From Fibrobacteria bacterium (GTDB lineage Bacteria > Fibrobacterota > Fibrobacteria > UBA11236), in the NCBI GenBank assembly GCA_041746255.1, contig JBGTHM010000097.1, forward strand, positions 14,083 to 78,082: a stretch of DNA of 64,000 bases, written 5' to 3'. The notes below the pieces were generated by a model. That model was given only the letters and a program-made list of their open reading frames with translations, searched no databases and was not told where the DNA came from. This document shows positions 38,513-47,595 of this stretch, piece by piece. Each line of letters begins with the position of its first letter. Position 1 is the stretch's first letter. The position numbers were made by a program, and so were the translations under genes.

Positions 38513-39436
38513 ATGCATCCGTATAGTTTAACTTTTAGCATGGATACCCAGAAATCAGCTGGCCCGGAGGGTGAACCTCCCGGGTCGGATTCCCCCAAAC
38601 TTTCCCTGTTCGGCTATACCGATTTCCGCGCTTTCCTGAAAGAGTGGTATCGGTTACGCAAAGAAAAAGATCCGAAATTTTCTTATCGTAAACTGGCCGG
38701 GCTGGTGGGATTCAAGTCAGCCGGACATTTCAGTCTCATCCTTGGCGGCAAAGCCAATCTATCCCTGAGACTGCTGGATCGGTTTGTACGCATTCTGGAA
38801 ATGAACCAAAAGGAAACCGACTATTTCCAGGCTTTGGTTCTGTATAATCAAGCCAAGGGATTCGACGAAAAAAAACGCCAATTCGAGCGAATGCGTTCCT
38901 TTCAGGAGTTCCGGCTACAGGTTATCGAACCGGCTCAATACGAATTTTTCGCGAAGTGGCATCATTCCGCCGTGAGGGAGGCTCTGGCTATCATCCCATT
39001 CCGGGACGATTATGCTGCGCTCGCGCGGATGATTGAGCCCTCCATCACACCCGAAGAGGCGAGCAAATCCGTAGCGTTGCTTTGCCGTTTGGGGATGGTG
39101 GTACGCAATGCGCAAGGCGTGCACCGGAGGGTGGAGCCGCTGCTCTCCTCGGGGCCAGATGCGCCTGCGGTAACCGTCAATGAATTCCTCGACCAATCCC
39201 TGGAATTGGCCCGTAACGCTCTGGCCAGAATGTCCCGGGAAGAACGCATGTTATCCGCTACCACTTTATCGATTTCTTCACAAACCTTCGGGATTATCCG
39301 CGAGGAAATCCGGACGCTTCGGAAACGCATTCTGAATCTGGCGAAAAAGGACGAAAGTCCTGATCGGGTCTACCAGATACAGCTTCATGCTTTTCCGCTT
39401 TCACAGCGTTTCGTGCCGAAAGGAAAAAACTTATGA
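38513..39436 (+). CDS. TIGR02147/DUF4423-like putative HTH protein, paralog of 16275..17147
   Basis: FGYTDFRAFLKEWYRLRKEKDPKFSYRKLAGLVGFKSAGHFSLILGGKANLSLRLLDRFVRILEMNQKETDYFQALVLYNQA is collinear with the other copy. Confidence 0.7.
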   Translation: MHPYSLTFSMDTQKSAGPEGEPPGSDSPKLSLFGYTDFRAFLKEWYRLRKEKDPKFSYRKLAGLVGFKSAGHFSLILGGKANLSLRLLDRFVRILEMNQKETDYFQALVLYNQAKGFDEKKRQFERMRSFQEFRLQVIEPAQYEFFAKWHHSAVREALAIIPFRDDYAALARMIEPSITPEEASKSVALLCRLGMVVRNAQGVHRRVEPLLSSGPDAPAVTVNEFLDQSLELARNALARMSREERMLSATTLSISSQTFGIIREEIRTLRKRILNLAKKDESPDRVYQIQLHAFPLSQRFVPKGKNL

Positions 39437-40734
39437 GCATATGGATGAAATTTCTGACGGCGATTTTTTCCACCGGGTTTTTCTTCGCCGGTTGTCAACC
39501 GGAGCGGCTTGCCGGAGGCGGAGGCAGTGAAGTCGAAGGCATTACAGTGGAAGGAGTCGCGTATTATCCTACGGGTATGCCCGCAAGCTCGGCTCGGGTC
39601 CGCATCCGACCTTGGGATTACCTACCCTTGGATTCGGATACGACCCTAGGAGCGGGCGAATGGCGCTTTGACCTGGCAACCGACTCATCGGGACGTTTCC
39701 GTGCGGATGGTTTAGTACCCGGCGAATACCTTCTGGAAGTAGACGATGGTTTGGACTGGGGGATGGTCGGCAACATCCGGGACGAAGACCTCGATGGTGT
39801 GGTTCGCATTTCCGCCGAAATGAAACCCCATGGATCGGTTTACGGAAGGGTGACCGATTCTACAGGTGATGGAATCGCCGGCGCCTGGGTAGCCGTCTAT
39901 GGCCTGGAGCGGGCTACCGAAACCGATGGGAACGGGTTTTATCAACTGCAATCCCTACCCGCCGGCAATCTGAACCTGCGCGCGATTGCAGCTGAAGCGG
40001 GGCTGGCTTCCCGCGAAAAATCCGGCGTAAAGGTCGAGCCGGAGAAAGCGACCCAAACCAATTTCGTCGTGGAGCGTAGTCTGACCAACGGTTTGATCGG
40101 GCATTGGACATTCGACGGAGGCGATGGTCCGCTGGCAGCGGAAGCCCATGGAAGCACTGCACGCGTGGATTTGAAAAGGTCCAATTGGGGGCCGGGGGTG
40201 ATGGGCGCAGCGCTTGACCTGACCGGGCAATCCACGGTGTATGTCCCCGAATCCAAATCGGCGATGTTCGCAATCGACAAAGACTCCGATTTTTCCGTAT
40301 CCCTCTGGTTCCGCACCAGCGGGGACTCCGGGGCAGCGAAGCGAACCGTATTGATAGACTCCCGATCCCAACGCTGCCCATCAGGCTATGGGTTACGCTT
40401 GTTGGCTAACGGGACGGTGGAATTCGTGGTACGGGGACTGGACCAAGCAAAAATATGGAAGTTGCGCAGTCCCGAAGGGCTGACCGACGGAAGTTGGCAT
40501 CATGTGACGGGAATGAAAGTAGCCGATTCCCTGAAATTATGGGTGGATGGAATTCCGGTCGCCACGGGACCCGGTTCCACCGGAAAGCTGGCGACGGGGA
40601 ATCGCTTGCATTTTGGCAACCAGGAGGGTCTCACCGAATTTTTCATGGGTTCCCTGGACGAAATTAGAATCTACAACCGGGCATTAACCAAAAGGGAAAT
40701 AATGGAATTGGCGGTGCTACCCAAAAGCAAATAA
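39433..40734 (+). CDS. Lipoprotein with two carboxypeptidase-regulatory-like domains and a C-terminal LamG (concanavalin-like) domain
   Basis: Lipobox FFFAGC followed by AGGGGSEVEG. ARVRIR...DSSGRFRADGLVPGEYLLEV. GRVTDSTGDGIAGAWVAVYG...TDGNGFYQLQSLPAGNLNLRA. LIGHWTFDG...FSVSLWFRT...GSWHHV...LWVDG...GSLDEIRIYNRALTKREI. ATGA overlap at 39433-39436. Confidence 0.8.
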   Translation: MSIWMKFLTAIFSTGFFFAGCQPERLAGGGGSEVEGITVEGVAYYPTGMPASSARVRIRPWDYLPLDSDTTLGAGEWRFDLATDSSGRFRADGLVPGEYLLEVDDGLDWGMVGNIRDEDLDGVVRISAEMKPHGSVYGRVTDSTGDGIAGAWVAVYGLERATETDGNGFYQLQSLPAGNLNLRAIAAEAGLASREKSGVKVEPEKATQTNFVVERSLTNGLIGHWTFDGGDGPLAAEAHGSTARVDLKRSNWGPGVMGAALDLTGQSTVYVPESKSAMFAIDKDSDFSVSLWFRTSGDSGAAKRTVLIDSRSQRCPSGYGLRLLANGTVEFVVRGLDQAKIWKLRSPEGLTDGSWHHVTGMKVADSLKLWVDGIPVATGPGSTGKLATGNRLHFGNQEGLTEFFMGSLDEIRIYNRALTKREIMELAVLPKSK

Positions 40735-40756
40735 CCGTCCACACGCTCAGTTCGCA

Positions 40757-42151
40757 TCAACCTTTTGCGCGTTCGCGCCAATCCGGCCCCAGAAGTTCGC
40801 GCATTTTGTCATCTATCTGGTAACCCAGATAATACGCATCGTCCGGACGGGCTACGCGTAACAATCCTTCCCCCGCGTAAGCCAGCGTCGAGTGCTTCCG
40901 CTCTTCAGGCTTCATTCCCTCGCCGACGGCCACGGCCTTGCGGCCGCCTTCCAGCGCCTTAGGCCACTGTTTCGTCCTCTCATATCCATAGGCGGCCATG
41001 CGCCAGCATTCCAGCAGCATCAAAGCATCGCCGGCGCTTTCCGCAATCGGCGCGGTCTCCTCGTAGAGCAGCGCCGCCTCGGCCCATCGCTCTTGCTCTA
41101 CCATTACCGCCGCCTGACCGAAGCGCGCCTGCACCTGGAATTTTTCCGCGCTCTCGGCCATATCGTTGCCTTCACTCGTCTTCAACTTCAGCGCCGACTT
41201 CTCCGCCTCGACGTATCCTCGATAGGCTTTCTCCCCTTGCTGCTTGCCGAAATAAGCGGCGCTTAAAGCCAGCCATACCCCGAATTCCAATTGCGGCCAA
41301 TTCTGCGCCTGCGTCAATGCCAAAGCCTTGTCTCCCAATGCCTGGGTTTTCGGTAAATCGCCTTCCCCCGCAGCCGCCGTCATGGCCGTGAACAGTTTTC
41401 GGAATTCATCTCCGGGTCCCTCTCCTTCTACCGCCTCGGCGGCTTCCTGTGCCGCCCCTTTCATGTCGAGATTCAACGGCACAAACCCCAATTTGGACGA
41501 ACCCGTGGCCGCAAGCCAATCCAATGTGGGTGATTGCAGAGAGTCCACCACCACAACCCTTACCCCTTCCGGTAGCGTGTCTTTTTCCACCAAGTGGAAC
41601 AACCACCGCTGCCAGGCGTCCCCATCGGCGACATCGACCGGAGTCAATAGAAACACGACATGTTGAAACCCTTGTGAGTGATGCGCTAAAAAAGATTCGG
41701 CGACTCGAACCAGGTATTTCCGATCGGATTCATCCGGGAGAGCCTGAGGACACATCCAATCAAACTCCATACCCGCATAGGCCTCCATCTCATTTTGCAG
41801 GGCTGCTTTATCCTCCGGTTTTACACTGTCGTCTTCGACGGATTCTGCGGCCTTAATCCGATCCGCTTCCACTCCCGCTTTAACCTCCTGGTATTGCGCT
41901 TCGATTTCCTGAACCAAAGCGAATCCATGGGTTTTGGGATCGGAAAACGCGGCGTCCAAACGGAAAAACATTTCCGGGGTTTCACTGGTTTCCAAGGATT
42001 CGGCCTGCTCGAAAACCTCCACCATGCGCAACTCTTCGGCCGTTCCCTGCCAGCATAATAAGCGAGGCTCAGGGTCGGAAATAAAGGCATCCCATTGCTC
42101 GACCATCCGTTCCAGGCGTTTTTCGATGGGATTGGGCGCGGCAGTACTCAT
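40757..42151 (-). CDS. Cytoplasmic hypothetical protein with an acidic N-terminal alpha/beta-like region and a C-terminal TPR-like helical repeat region
   Basis: 464-aa ORF with no signal peptide. The C-terminal half has repeated A/Y/W/E-rich helices (WLALSAAYFGKQQGEKAYRGYVEAEKSA, RWAEAALLYEETAPIAESAGD, CWRMAAYGYERTKQWPKALEGGRKAV). No family was recognised. Confidence 0.55.
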   Translation of the reverse strand: MSTAAPNPIEKRLERMVEQWDAFISDPEPRLLCWQGTAEELRMVEVFEQAESLETSETPEMFFRLDAAFSDPKTHGFALVQEIEAQYQEVKAGVEADRIKAAESVEDDSVKPEDKAALQNEMEAYAGMEFDWMCPQALPDESDRKYLVRVAESFLAHHSQGFQHVVFLLTPVDVADGDAWQRWLFHLVEKDTLPEGVRVVVVDSLQSPTLDWLAATGSSKLGFVPLNLDMKGAAQEAAEAVEGEGPGDEFRKLFTAMTAAAGEGDLPKTQALGDKALALTQAQNWPQLEFGVWLALSAAYFGKQQGEKAYRGYVEAEKSALKLKTSEGNDMAESAEKFQVQARFGQAAVMVEQERWAEAALLYEETAPIAESAGDALMLLECWRMAAYGYERTKQWPKALEGGRKAVAVGEGMKPEERKHSTLAYAGEGLLRVARPDDAYYLGYQIDDKMRELLGPDWRERAKG

Positions 42152-42294
42152 AGGTCAAATTTAATCAATCCCCGACCGGTTTCGTGTGATTGCCGTCAAT
42201 CCCTCATACCCCGCACCAGAGTGTATTTTTCGGGACGAAAGGCTGGGCTTCGCGGGCGCGGGGCTGGCCCTGAACTCCAACCTGGGATACTCGC

Positions 42295-42732
42295 ATGTCT
42301 TTCTTAACCTCGAATTCCGTTAAATACGTGGGTGCGATTTTGGCCATGGTCTGGGCGGTGATCTACCTGGCCAATAGGAACGGCTCCGATCAATTTGAGC
42401 CCGGCCCGGAAATCCATGACCAGGGCCACATTACGCGGATTTATGGTTTTGAGCCCAGCACAAAAAAAAGAGTCAACCTGCTTTCCACCGGCCTGCATAC
42501 TCTTAGAATCCGCTCTATCGAATCAAGAGGAGGCATCGCTTACGAGATCGCTGCGAAAAATTATCCGGAAACCCTGGTTTATAAAGTCGACTCGTCAACC
42601 GCCCCTGCCTTAGCAGTAGGTGATAAGGTCGACTTGGTGCATATGGATATCCCGATGGGTTACCGGGAGCGGGAAGTCATGGTATTGTACATCCAAAAAC
42701 AGGAGGCGGCCCCGGAAGACCCAGGGCCCTAG
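42295..42732 (+). CDS. Small hypothetical protein with a single N-terminal TM anchor
   Basis: VKYVGAILAMVWAVIYLA hydrophobic segment, then a roughly 110-aa soluble part. Its stop overlaps the stop of the convergent gene (CTAG at 42729-42732). Confidence 0.45.
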   Translation: MSFLTSNSVKYVGAILAMVWAVIYLANRNGSDQFEPGPEIHDQGHITRIYGFEPSTKKRVNLLSTGLHTLRIRSIESRGGIAYEIAAKNYPETLVYKVDSSTAPALAVGDKVDLVHMDIPMGYREREVMVLYIQKQEAAPEDPGP

Positions 42733-44987
42733 GGGCTTAAGACGGGTTGGAGGGGAGTGGTCTCGATTTTGGGATTGATGGGTATAAAGATAATGGGTTT
42801 AGTCGTGTCGTAAATTTCTTTAACGGCGGTCGCATTCAAAGTGCGATTATAGAAGCGAACTTCGTCAATCGCACCCTTCCAATAGGATCCTCCTAAAAAC
42901 CCGAGGGTAATATTGGAAAGATCGCCCGTCAGCGTACCGGTATGGGGCGTACTAGACTGAAGAACACCATTCAAATAAGCGCGAATGGTAATTCCATCAT
43001 ACGTACCGGCAAAGTGAACCCAACTTGTAGTGGATACAGCCGCTTTGGCGCTATTGGTGGTCGGTACGCTTATCGCCATTCCCACCGAAGCACCATCCAT
43101 GAAGATGCCGATGCCGGGCGTCCGGATGAAGTATCTGAGGCCGGTGGGACTTTCAGGCAACTTGACCCAAAGCGACACCGTGAGATTTTTTCCGGTGGGA
43201 AAAGCCGCTTTGCCCAGTGTGCGGGCGGAATCGTTGATGCCATCGAAATTGAGCGCCCTGGAGGCGGTGCCCCACCTGTCCGCCACGAAAGTCGCTCCGC
43301 TTATCGTCAAATGATTGGCGTTGATACCGGCGTCCAGGCCATTGCCATCGAATTTATACCAGGAAACGGGACCGAGTATGACGGCAACTGAGGCAAGTCC
43401 AGTAGCGGACCAGTTACCCACCGAATCTCTCTCCTGCACATAGAGTGTGTGCACGCTGTCGGGAAGGTCTTTGGTCGGGGAAAATTCCTTCGCAGTCGTT
43501 TCCGTGGCGCCGGTCACGAGTACCGAATCGTTGAGTTTGTACCGGAAGGTACCGTTTCCGCCACCCCCCGAAGTCCAGGACCATATCGGCCGGGCGATGT
43601 TGGTAACGGAGGGGGCCGTAACCACCGGTTTCGAAGGAGGAATATCGTCGATGCGCGTCAGGTTAAGGGTATAAGTTCGCTTTGCCGTGCCATTTGCGGC
43701 GGTTAATTCGATTTCGATCTTATTCAAACCCATTTGCAAATCAATCGGAGCAGAGGATTCGCCCGGGGAGACGACCGCGCCTTTAACGGTTATGGTGGCG
43801 GAGGAATCTCGTGGAGATACGGAGATCACGATACGGTTTTTAAGCGACTTCTCCATTGTGCCTGGATTAACAAAAACCGTCGCTTCGGTGATAGTCTCTC
43901 CCACCTCCACTTGGTAGGACAAAGAATCAGGGTGAAAAGCCGGGGTAGTGGTCTCAGACAATTCCAGCGTATCCAAGGCGGCGTCGTCAGAAAGGCGTAA
44001 TACGTTTATATCATAATTCCGGATTTGTCCATTTTCAGCTTTTACTTCAACCTTGATGGGAACCTGGCTTTGGCCCGCAGGTAGCGCAACGATATGGGAG
44101 GCGCCCGACTCCACGATGATACCGTTAATCTTTAATTCGGCACTGGATTCAGCGACATCGGCGGATACGCCAATTTGACTTTCCGTCAAGGGAAGGATAA
44201 CCGAATACTTCAGCGTATCGGGGGAGAACGCCGGTTCCAAAACACCCGAGGATACCTGCAGTCCCACCAAAGCATTGTTCTGGGCAGCATCAAGCCGCAC
44301 CACTCCCACCTCATACGTCGAGGATGCCATTTTCTCGGCGGCTACTTCGATGAGCAATACCGTAACTCCCAGGGTCAAGGGCATGGGGTCGCTGTCTTTG
44401 TCCGAAGCCAATTCCTTCCCGTTCAATTTAAGAGTTCTACCGGCGTTGGCTTTCGCTTTTACCGTAGTCGTGCCCGCACCGATGGAAGCTTTACAGGCAT
44501 AAGACTTGATTGCCGGATTGAATGCCGGCACCAGATCGCAGGCGGAAATCGACAGAGCAGAAAGGGCCGCAATCTCGGTTTGAGTGGTGTCACCCGGAAC
44601 CGGAGCGTCCGGATCCTTGACCAACACCACGGTGTCGTTTTTACCCGATTTGCCGTCGTAGACTCTGTCTTCGATTTTAACCGCTTCGCCGTTTTTGAAT
44701 CCTGTAATGACTACGTGGATTTTACCGCCATCGTATTCTTGGGCGGGAAGTTTCTTTAGATCGTCAACCGATTCGACCGGCCCATGAAAGAGAGTCTTGA
44801 TTAGCTTTCCGTCGCCATCTCTCAACTCCACCCGAAGACTGTCATATTCCAGCCAGGACTCATCAATCCGGACTTCCATAAACGTATCACCCTCGTCGGC
44901 GACCCGGCAGGAGGAGATAAAGGCGACCATCGCAAAGGCCAGGCATATAAGCAGCAGAATCGGATGTTTAATCGATGGGAACGACAT
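42729..44987 (-). CDS. Giant surface lipoprotein with cadherin-like beta-sandwich repeats, an Ig-like region and a C-terminal LamG domain
   Basis: Lipobox FISSC. Three repeats of the L..L.(V/I)S...L.PAF.P....Y type (LSALSISACDLVPAFNPAIKSY, LVGLQVSSGVLEPAFSPDTLKY, LDTLELSETTTPAFHPDSLSY). C-terminal WYKFDGNG...RALNFDG...LTVSLWVKL...WVHFAGTYDG...LNG...GAIDEVRFYNRTL. Confidence 0.8.
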   Translation of the reverse strand: MSFPSIKHPILLLICLAFAMVAFISSCRVADEGDTFMEVRIDESWLEYDSLRVELRDGDGKLIKTLFHGPVESVDDLKKLPAQEYDGGKIHVVITGFKNGEAVKIEDRVYDGKSGKNDTVVLVKDPDAPVPGDTTQTEIAALSALSISACDLVPAFNPAIKSYACKASIGAGTTTVKAKANAGRTLKLNGKELASDKDSDPMPLTLGVTVLLIEVAAEKMASSTYEVGVVRLDAAQNNALVGLQVSSGVLEPAFSPDTLKYSVILPLTESQIGVSADVAESSAELKINGIIVESGASHIVALPAGQSQVPIKVEVKAENGQIRNYDINVLRLSDDAALDTLELSETTTPAFHPDSLSYQVEVGETITEATVFVNPGTMEKSLKNRIVISVSPRDSSATITVKGAVVSPGESSAPIDLQMGLNKIEIELTAANGTAKRTYTLNLTRIDDIPPSKPVVTAPSVTNIARPIWSWTSGGGGNGTFRYKLNDSVLVTGATETTAKEFSPTKDLPDSVHTLYVQERDSVGNWSATGLASVAVILGPVSWYKFDGNGLDAGINANHLTISGATFVADRWGTASRALNFDGINDSARTLGKAAFPTGKNLTVSLWVKLPESPTGLRYFIRTPGIGIFMDGASVGMAISVPTTNSAKAAVSTTSWVHFAGTYDGITIRAYLNGVLQSSTPHTGTLTGDLSNITLGFLGGSYWKGAIDEVRFYNRTLNATAVKEIYDTTKPIIFIPINPKIETTPLQPVLSP

Positions 44988-45585
44988 GGATTTTGTCCTC
45001 CGGTTCCGGTTCGGTGGAAAGCAAATAGGCGGTGACTCCGGCGGTTACCAAGGCGGCGCTGCCGGCGATCCAATAATATTTGGCGTTGGAGTTTTTTTCG
45101 CTGGTGCCGGGGGTATTATCGATGGAGCCGGATGGTTTTTCCGAAGCAGCTTGGGTAGTGGAAACGGGCTTGGGTTCAGGTGCTCCTGAGATTTCGTCGT
45201 CCGCAGCCTGGCGAAGCGAGAACTCCTTGCGAACTCGATCGAATATCCGGTAGATTTCGTCGCTGACATACATATCCACCAATTCGGCCGAAGGCATCAT
45301 CCGCAAAAGGTCGTGCATATACTTTTGACCCAATTCCCGTGTGGCCGGATTGGCGGTGTAGACTACCGAAAGGTGTTTCGCGATAACGATGCTGTCCTGC
45401 CGCGAATAACTCGAGTTTGCTTTCTGGAAATCCTGGATAATCCGAATGACTTCCTCGAAATTTCCTTCATTATATTGCAATCGCAGTTTTTCATGAGGGA
45501 GTGCGCCGGAAACCGGTGATTGGCATAGAACCGGCGAAAAAAATCCCAGCAGCACCAACATGGTCAATGCAGAAAATCGAACCAT
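44968..45585 (-). CDS. Small helical (TPR-like) protein with a signal sequence and a C-terminal TM anchor; paralog of 6374..6988
   Basis: See 6374..6988. C-terminal YYWIAGSAALVTAGVTAYLL. Its 3' end overlaps the downstream lipoprotein gene by 20 nt. Confidence 0.65.
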   Translation of the reverse strand: MVRFSALTMLVLLGFFSPVLCQSPVSGALPHEKLRLQYNEGNFEEVIRIIQDFQKANSSYSRQDSIVIAKHLSVVYTANPATRELGQKYMHDLLRMMPSAELVDMYVSDEIYRIFDRVRKEFSLRQAADDEISGAPEPKPVSTTQAASEKPSGSIDNTPGTSEKNSNAKYYWIAGSAALVTAGVTAYLLSTEPEPEDKIHVVPID

Positions 45586-45731
45586 CGTAACCCTTTCGTG
45601 GTTAGGCCAAAATCTAGATTGTCTTCCTTACCTTCACAATGCCGCCCCAGGGTTTATCCCACTGAAGCCCCTAAAATGATTAATTTTCTAAGAAAAACGG
45701 CCTTCTCAAGATTCTCTAATACAAAGGGAAG

Positions 45732-46478
45732 ATGTTTCCTTTAAAGGACGAAAACCCTACTCTCAATCCTTCGCTGACCACCTTTACCCTCATCGGGTTG
45801 AATATAGGGGCATGGGTGTTCTTGCAAGGTCTGGGAACCGAGGCCTCGCTGGCCAGTAGCGTATGTGAATACGGTGCCATTCCCGGTGAATTGTTAGGCA
45901 CCGTGCAAAGCGGCACCCAAGTTCCCATTTCGGAGCGATACGCCTGCATTATCGAACCTGATCCCAAATGGCATACGCTGATAACCTCCATGTTCATGCA
46001 TGGAGGATGGTTTCATATCATCAGCAACATGTGGTTCCTTTTTATTTTCGGCGACAATGTCGAGGATTCGATGGGCCGTTTTCGTTTCCTGATTTTCTAC
46101 CTACTCTGCGGATTGGCCGCCGTGGGCGCACAAATCCTTTTCAGCATGAACAGTCCATTGCCCATGGTGGGTGCTTCCGGAGCGATTGGAGGCGTGCTGG
46201 GAGGCTATCTGATACTCTATCCACGCACTCCTGTTCACCTGTTGGTTTTCCTGGGTTTCTATATCACGCGCATTGCCGTACCCGCTTATGTCATGCTGGG
46301 CTATTGGTTTTTGCTACAGGTGATAGGAGCCGTTCCCACCGTGGGCGGGGAAACGGGAGGCGTGGCCTTTTGGGCACATATCGGAGGCTTTCTCGCGGGT
46401 GTAGTCCTTATATTTCCGTTTCGAAACCGTGAACGCATCGAAAGGCATCGCCGGAGCGTTGGGCCTACGGAGTGGTGA
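45732..46478 (+). CDS. Rhomboid-family intramembrane serine protease
   Basis: MFMHGGWFHIISNMWFLFIFG, the GASGAIGGVLGGY (GxSG) motif and the catalytic His region WAHIGGFLAGV. Confidence 0.85.
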   Translation: MFPLKDENPTLNPSLTTFTLIGLNIGAWVFLQGLGTEASLASSVCEYGAIPGELLGTVQSGTQVPISERYACIIEPDPKWHTLITSMFMHGGWFHIISNMWFLFIFGDNVEDSMGRFRFLIFYLLCGLAAVGAQILFSMNSPLPMVGASGAIGGVLGGYLILYPRTPVHLLVFLGFYITRIAVPAYVMLGYWFLLQVIGAVPTVGGETGGVAFWAHIGGFLAGVVLIFPFRNRERIERHRRSVGPTEW

Positions 46479-47595
46479 TTTTCCGTTCCGAATCGAATAC
46501 CGGAGACTGCTTCCGGTGTGGCCCCATTTCCTCCGCCAAATAGCCCTCCAGGGTTTCCGCGCGTCCGGCCACGGTATGGTCCCGGACCGCCCTGGCGCGG
46601 GCCCGTTCCCCGATTTCCCGCCTTTGCGTTTCCCCCATGCCGTCGAGATATTCCAGGACTTCCTCGGCATCCCTGGCTACTATGATTTCCTCTCCGATGG
46701 AGAAGAATTCGTCGAGTCCCTCCCACCCGTCCGAAATGATGGGAACCCCGCAGGCCGCAGCCTCGAAAAGCCGGATGCCGGGAGAGTAACCTGTCTGTTT
46801 CCTAGGCTCCCGGGAAACGTTCACCGCGAACCTGAGGGAGTTATAAAATCGATTCTGGGCTTCGGGTGGAAGGCTATCGATTCGTTCCACATTCTTGGGC
46901 CAAGGCAAATCCGCGGGGTATTGCGAGCCGGCTACAACCATCGAGAAGGAAGACCGCCGGCGCGCAGGTTCCACCAGTAACGTCTCCAACCTGGATTTAC
47001 GGTCTTCGGCGTAATTCCCCCAATAACCCAGATCCCATCGCCATGCGGCCGGGTCGGGGTAATAGATATCCGGGTCGAAGCCGCAATAGAGCGGGCGTGC
47101 ACGCGGGGATCCCATTTTGGTTTCCAGATAATCAAGAGTGGGGCCGCCCGTGACGGAAAGGTAAAGGGAAAATTCGCAAATCATGTAGGGATCTAAGTAT
47201 TCGCAATCCCGACCCGCCAAGTGGGACAAAGTCGCGGAAGTATCGCTATCGTAAAAAGCCGTTACCCCTTTCGCCGTTTTCAGGACCCATGCCCCGACCG
47301 CAATTCCCTCGGGAACGAACGAACCCACGATGACGGCATCTGCTCCGGCCACTTCGTCGGTAAAGCGCTCCCGTAAATCCTCCAAGCTTGCATAACGCTC
47401 CGCCTTCCCGGAGGGAGTATTCGATAGGTCTTGGCTTGCCGCATACCCGGGATTGTCCCTCTCCAGATAAAGTATCTGGTGGCCGCGAGCGCACAAGCTC
47501 CGGATCAATCCCCGATAATAAGTAACATGTCCGTTACCCAAGCGAGAGGTGAGGCTGAATCCCAGGATAACGATGTTCATCGGCTCCGGATTCAT
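46465..47595 (-). CDS. CgeB-like/DUF3880-type glycosyltransferase
   Basis: MNIVILGFSLTSRLGNGHVTYYRGLIRSLCARGHQILYLERD resembles the CgeB-family N-terminus. C-terminal FEAAACGVPIISD is the GT-B nucleotide-sugar region. Start set at ATG 47595, overlapping the upstream stop (ATGA). The ORF track extends to 47697. Confidence 0.6.
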   Translation of the reverse strand: MNPEPMNIVILGFSLTSRLGNGHVTYYRGLIRSLCARGHQILYLERDNPGYAASQDLSNTPSGKAERYASLEDLRERFTDEVAGADAVIVGSFVPEGIAVGAWVLKTAKGVTAFYDSDTSATLSHLAGRDCEYLDPYMICEFSLYLSVTGGPTLDYLETKMGSPRARPLYCGFDPDIYYPDPAAWRWDLGYWGNYAEDRKSRLETLLVEPARRRSSFSMVVAGSQYPADLPWPKNVERIDSLPPEAQNRFYNSLRFAVNVSREPRKQTGYSPGIRLFEAAACGVPIISDGWEGLDEFFSIGEEIIVARDAEEVLEYLDGMGETQRREIGERARARAVRDHTVAGRAETLEGYLAEEMGPHRKQSPVFDSERKITTP

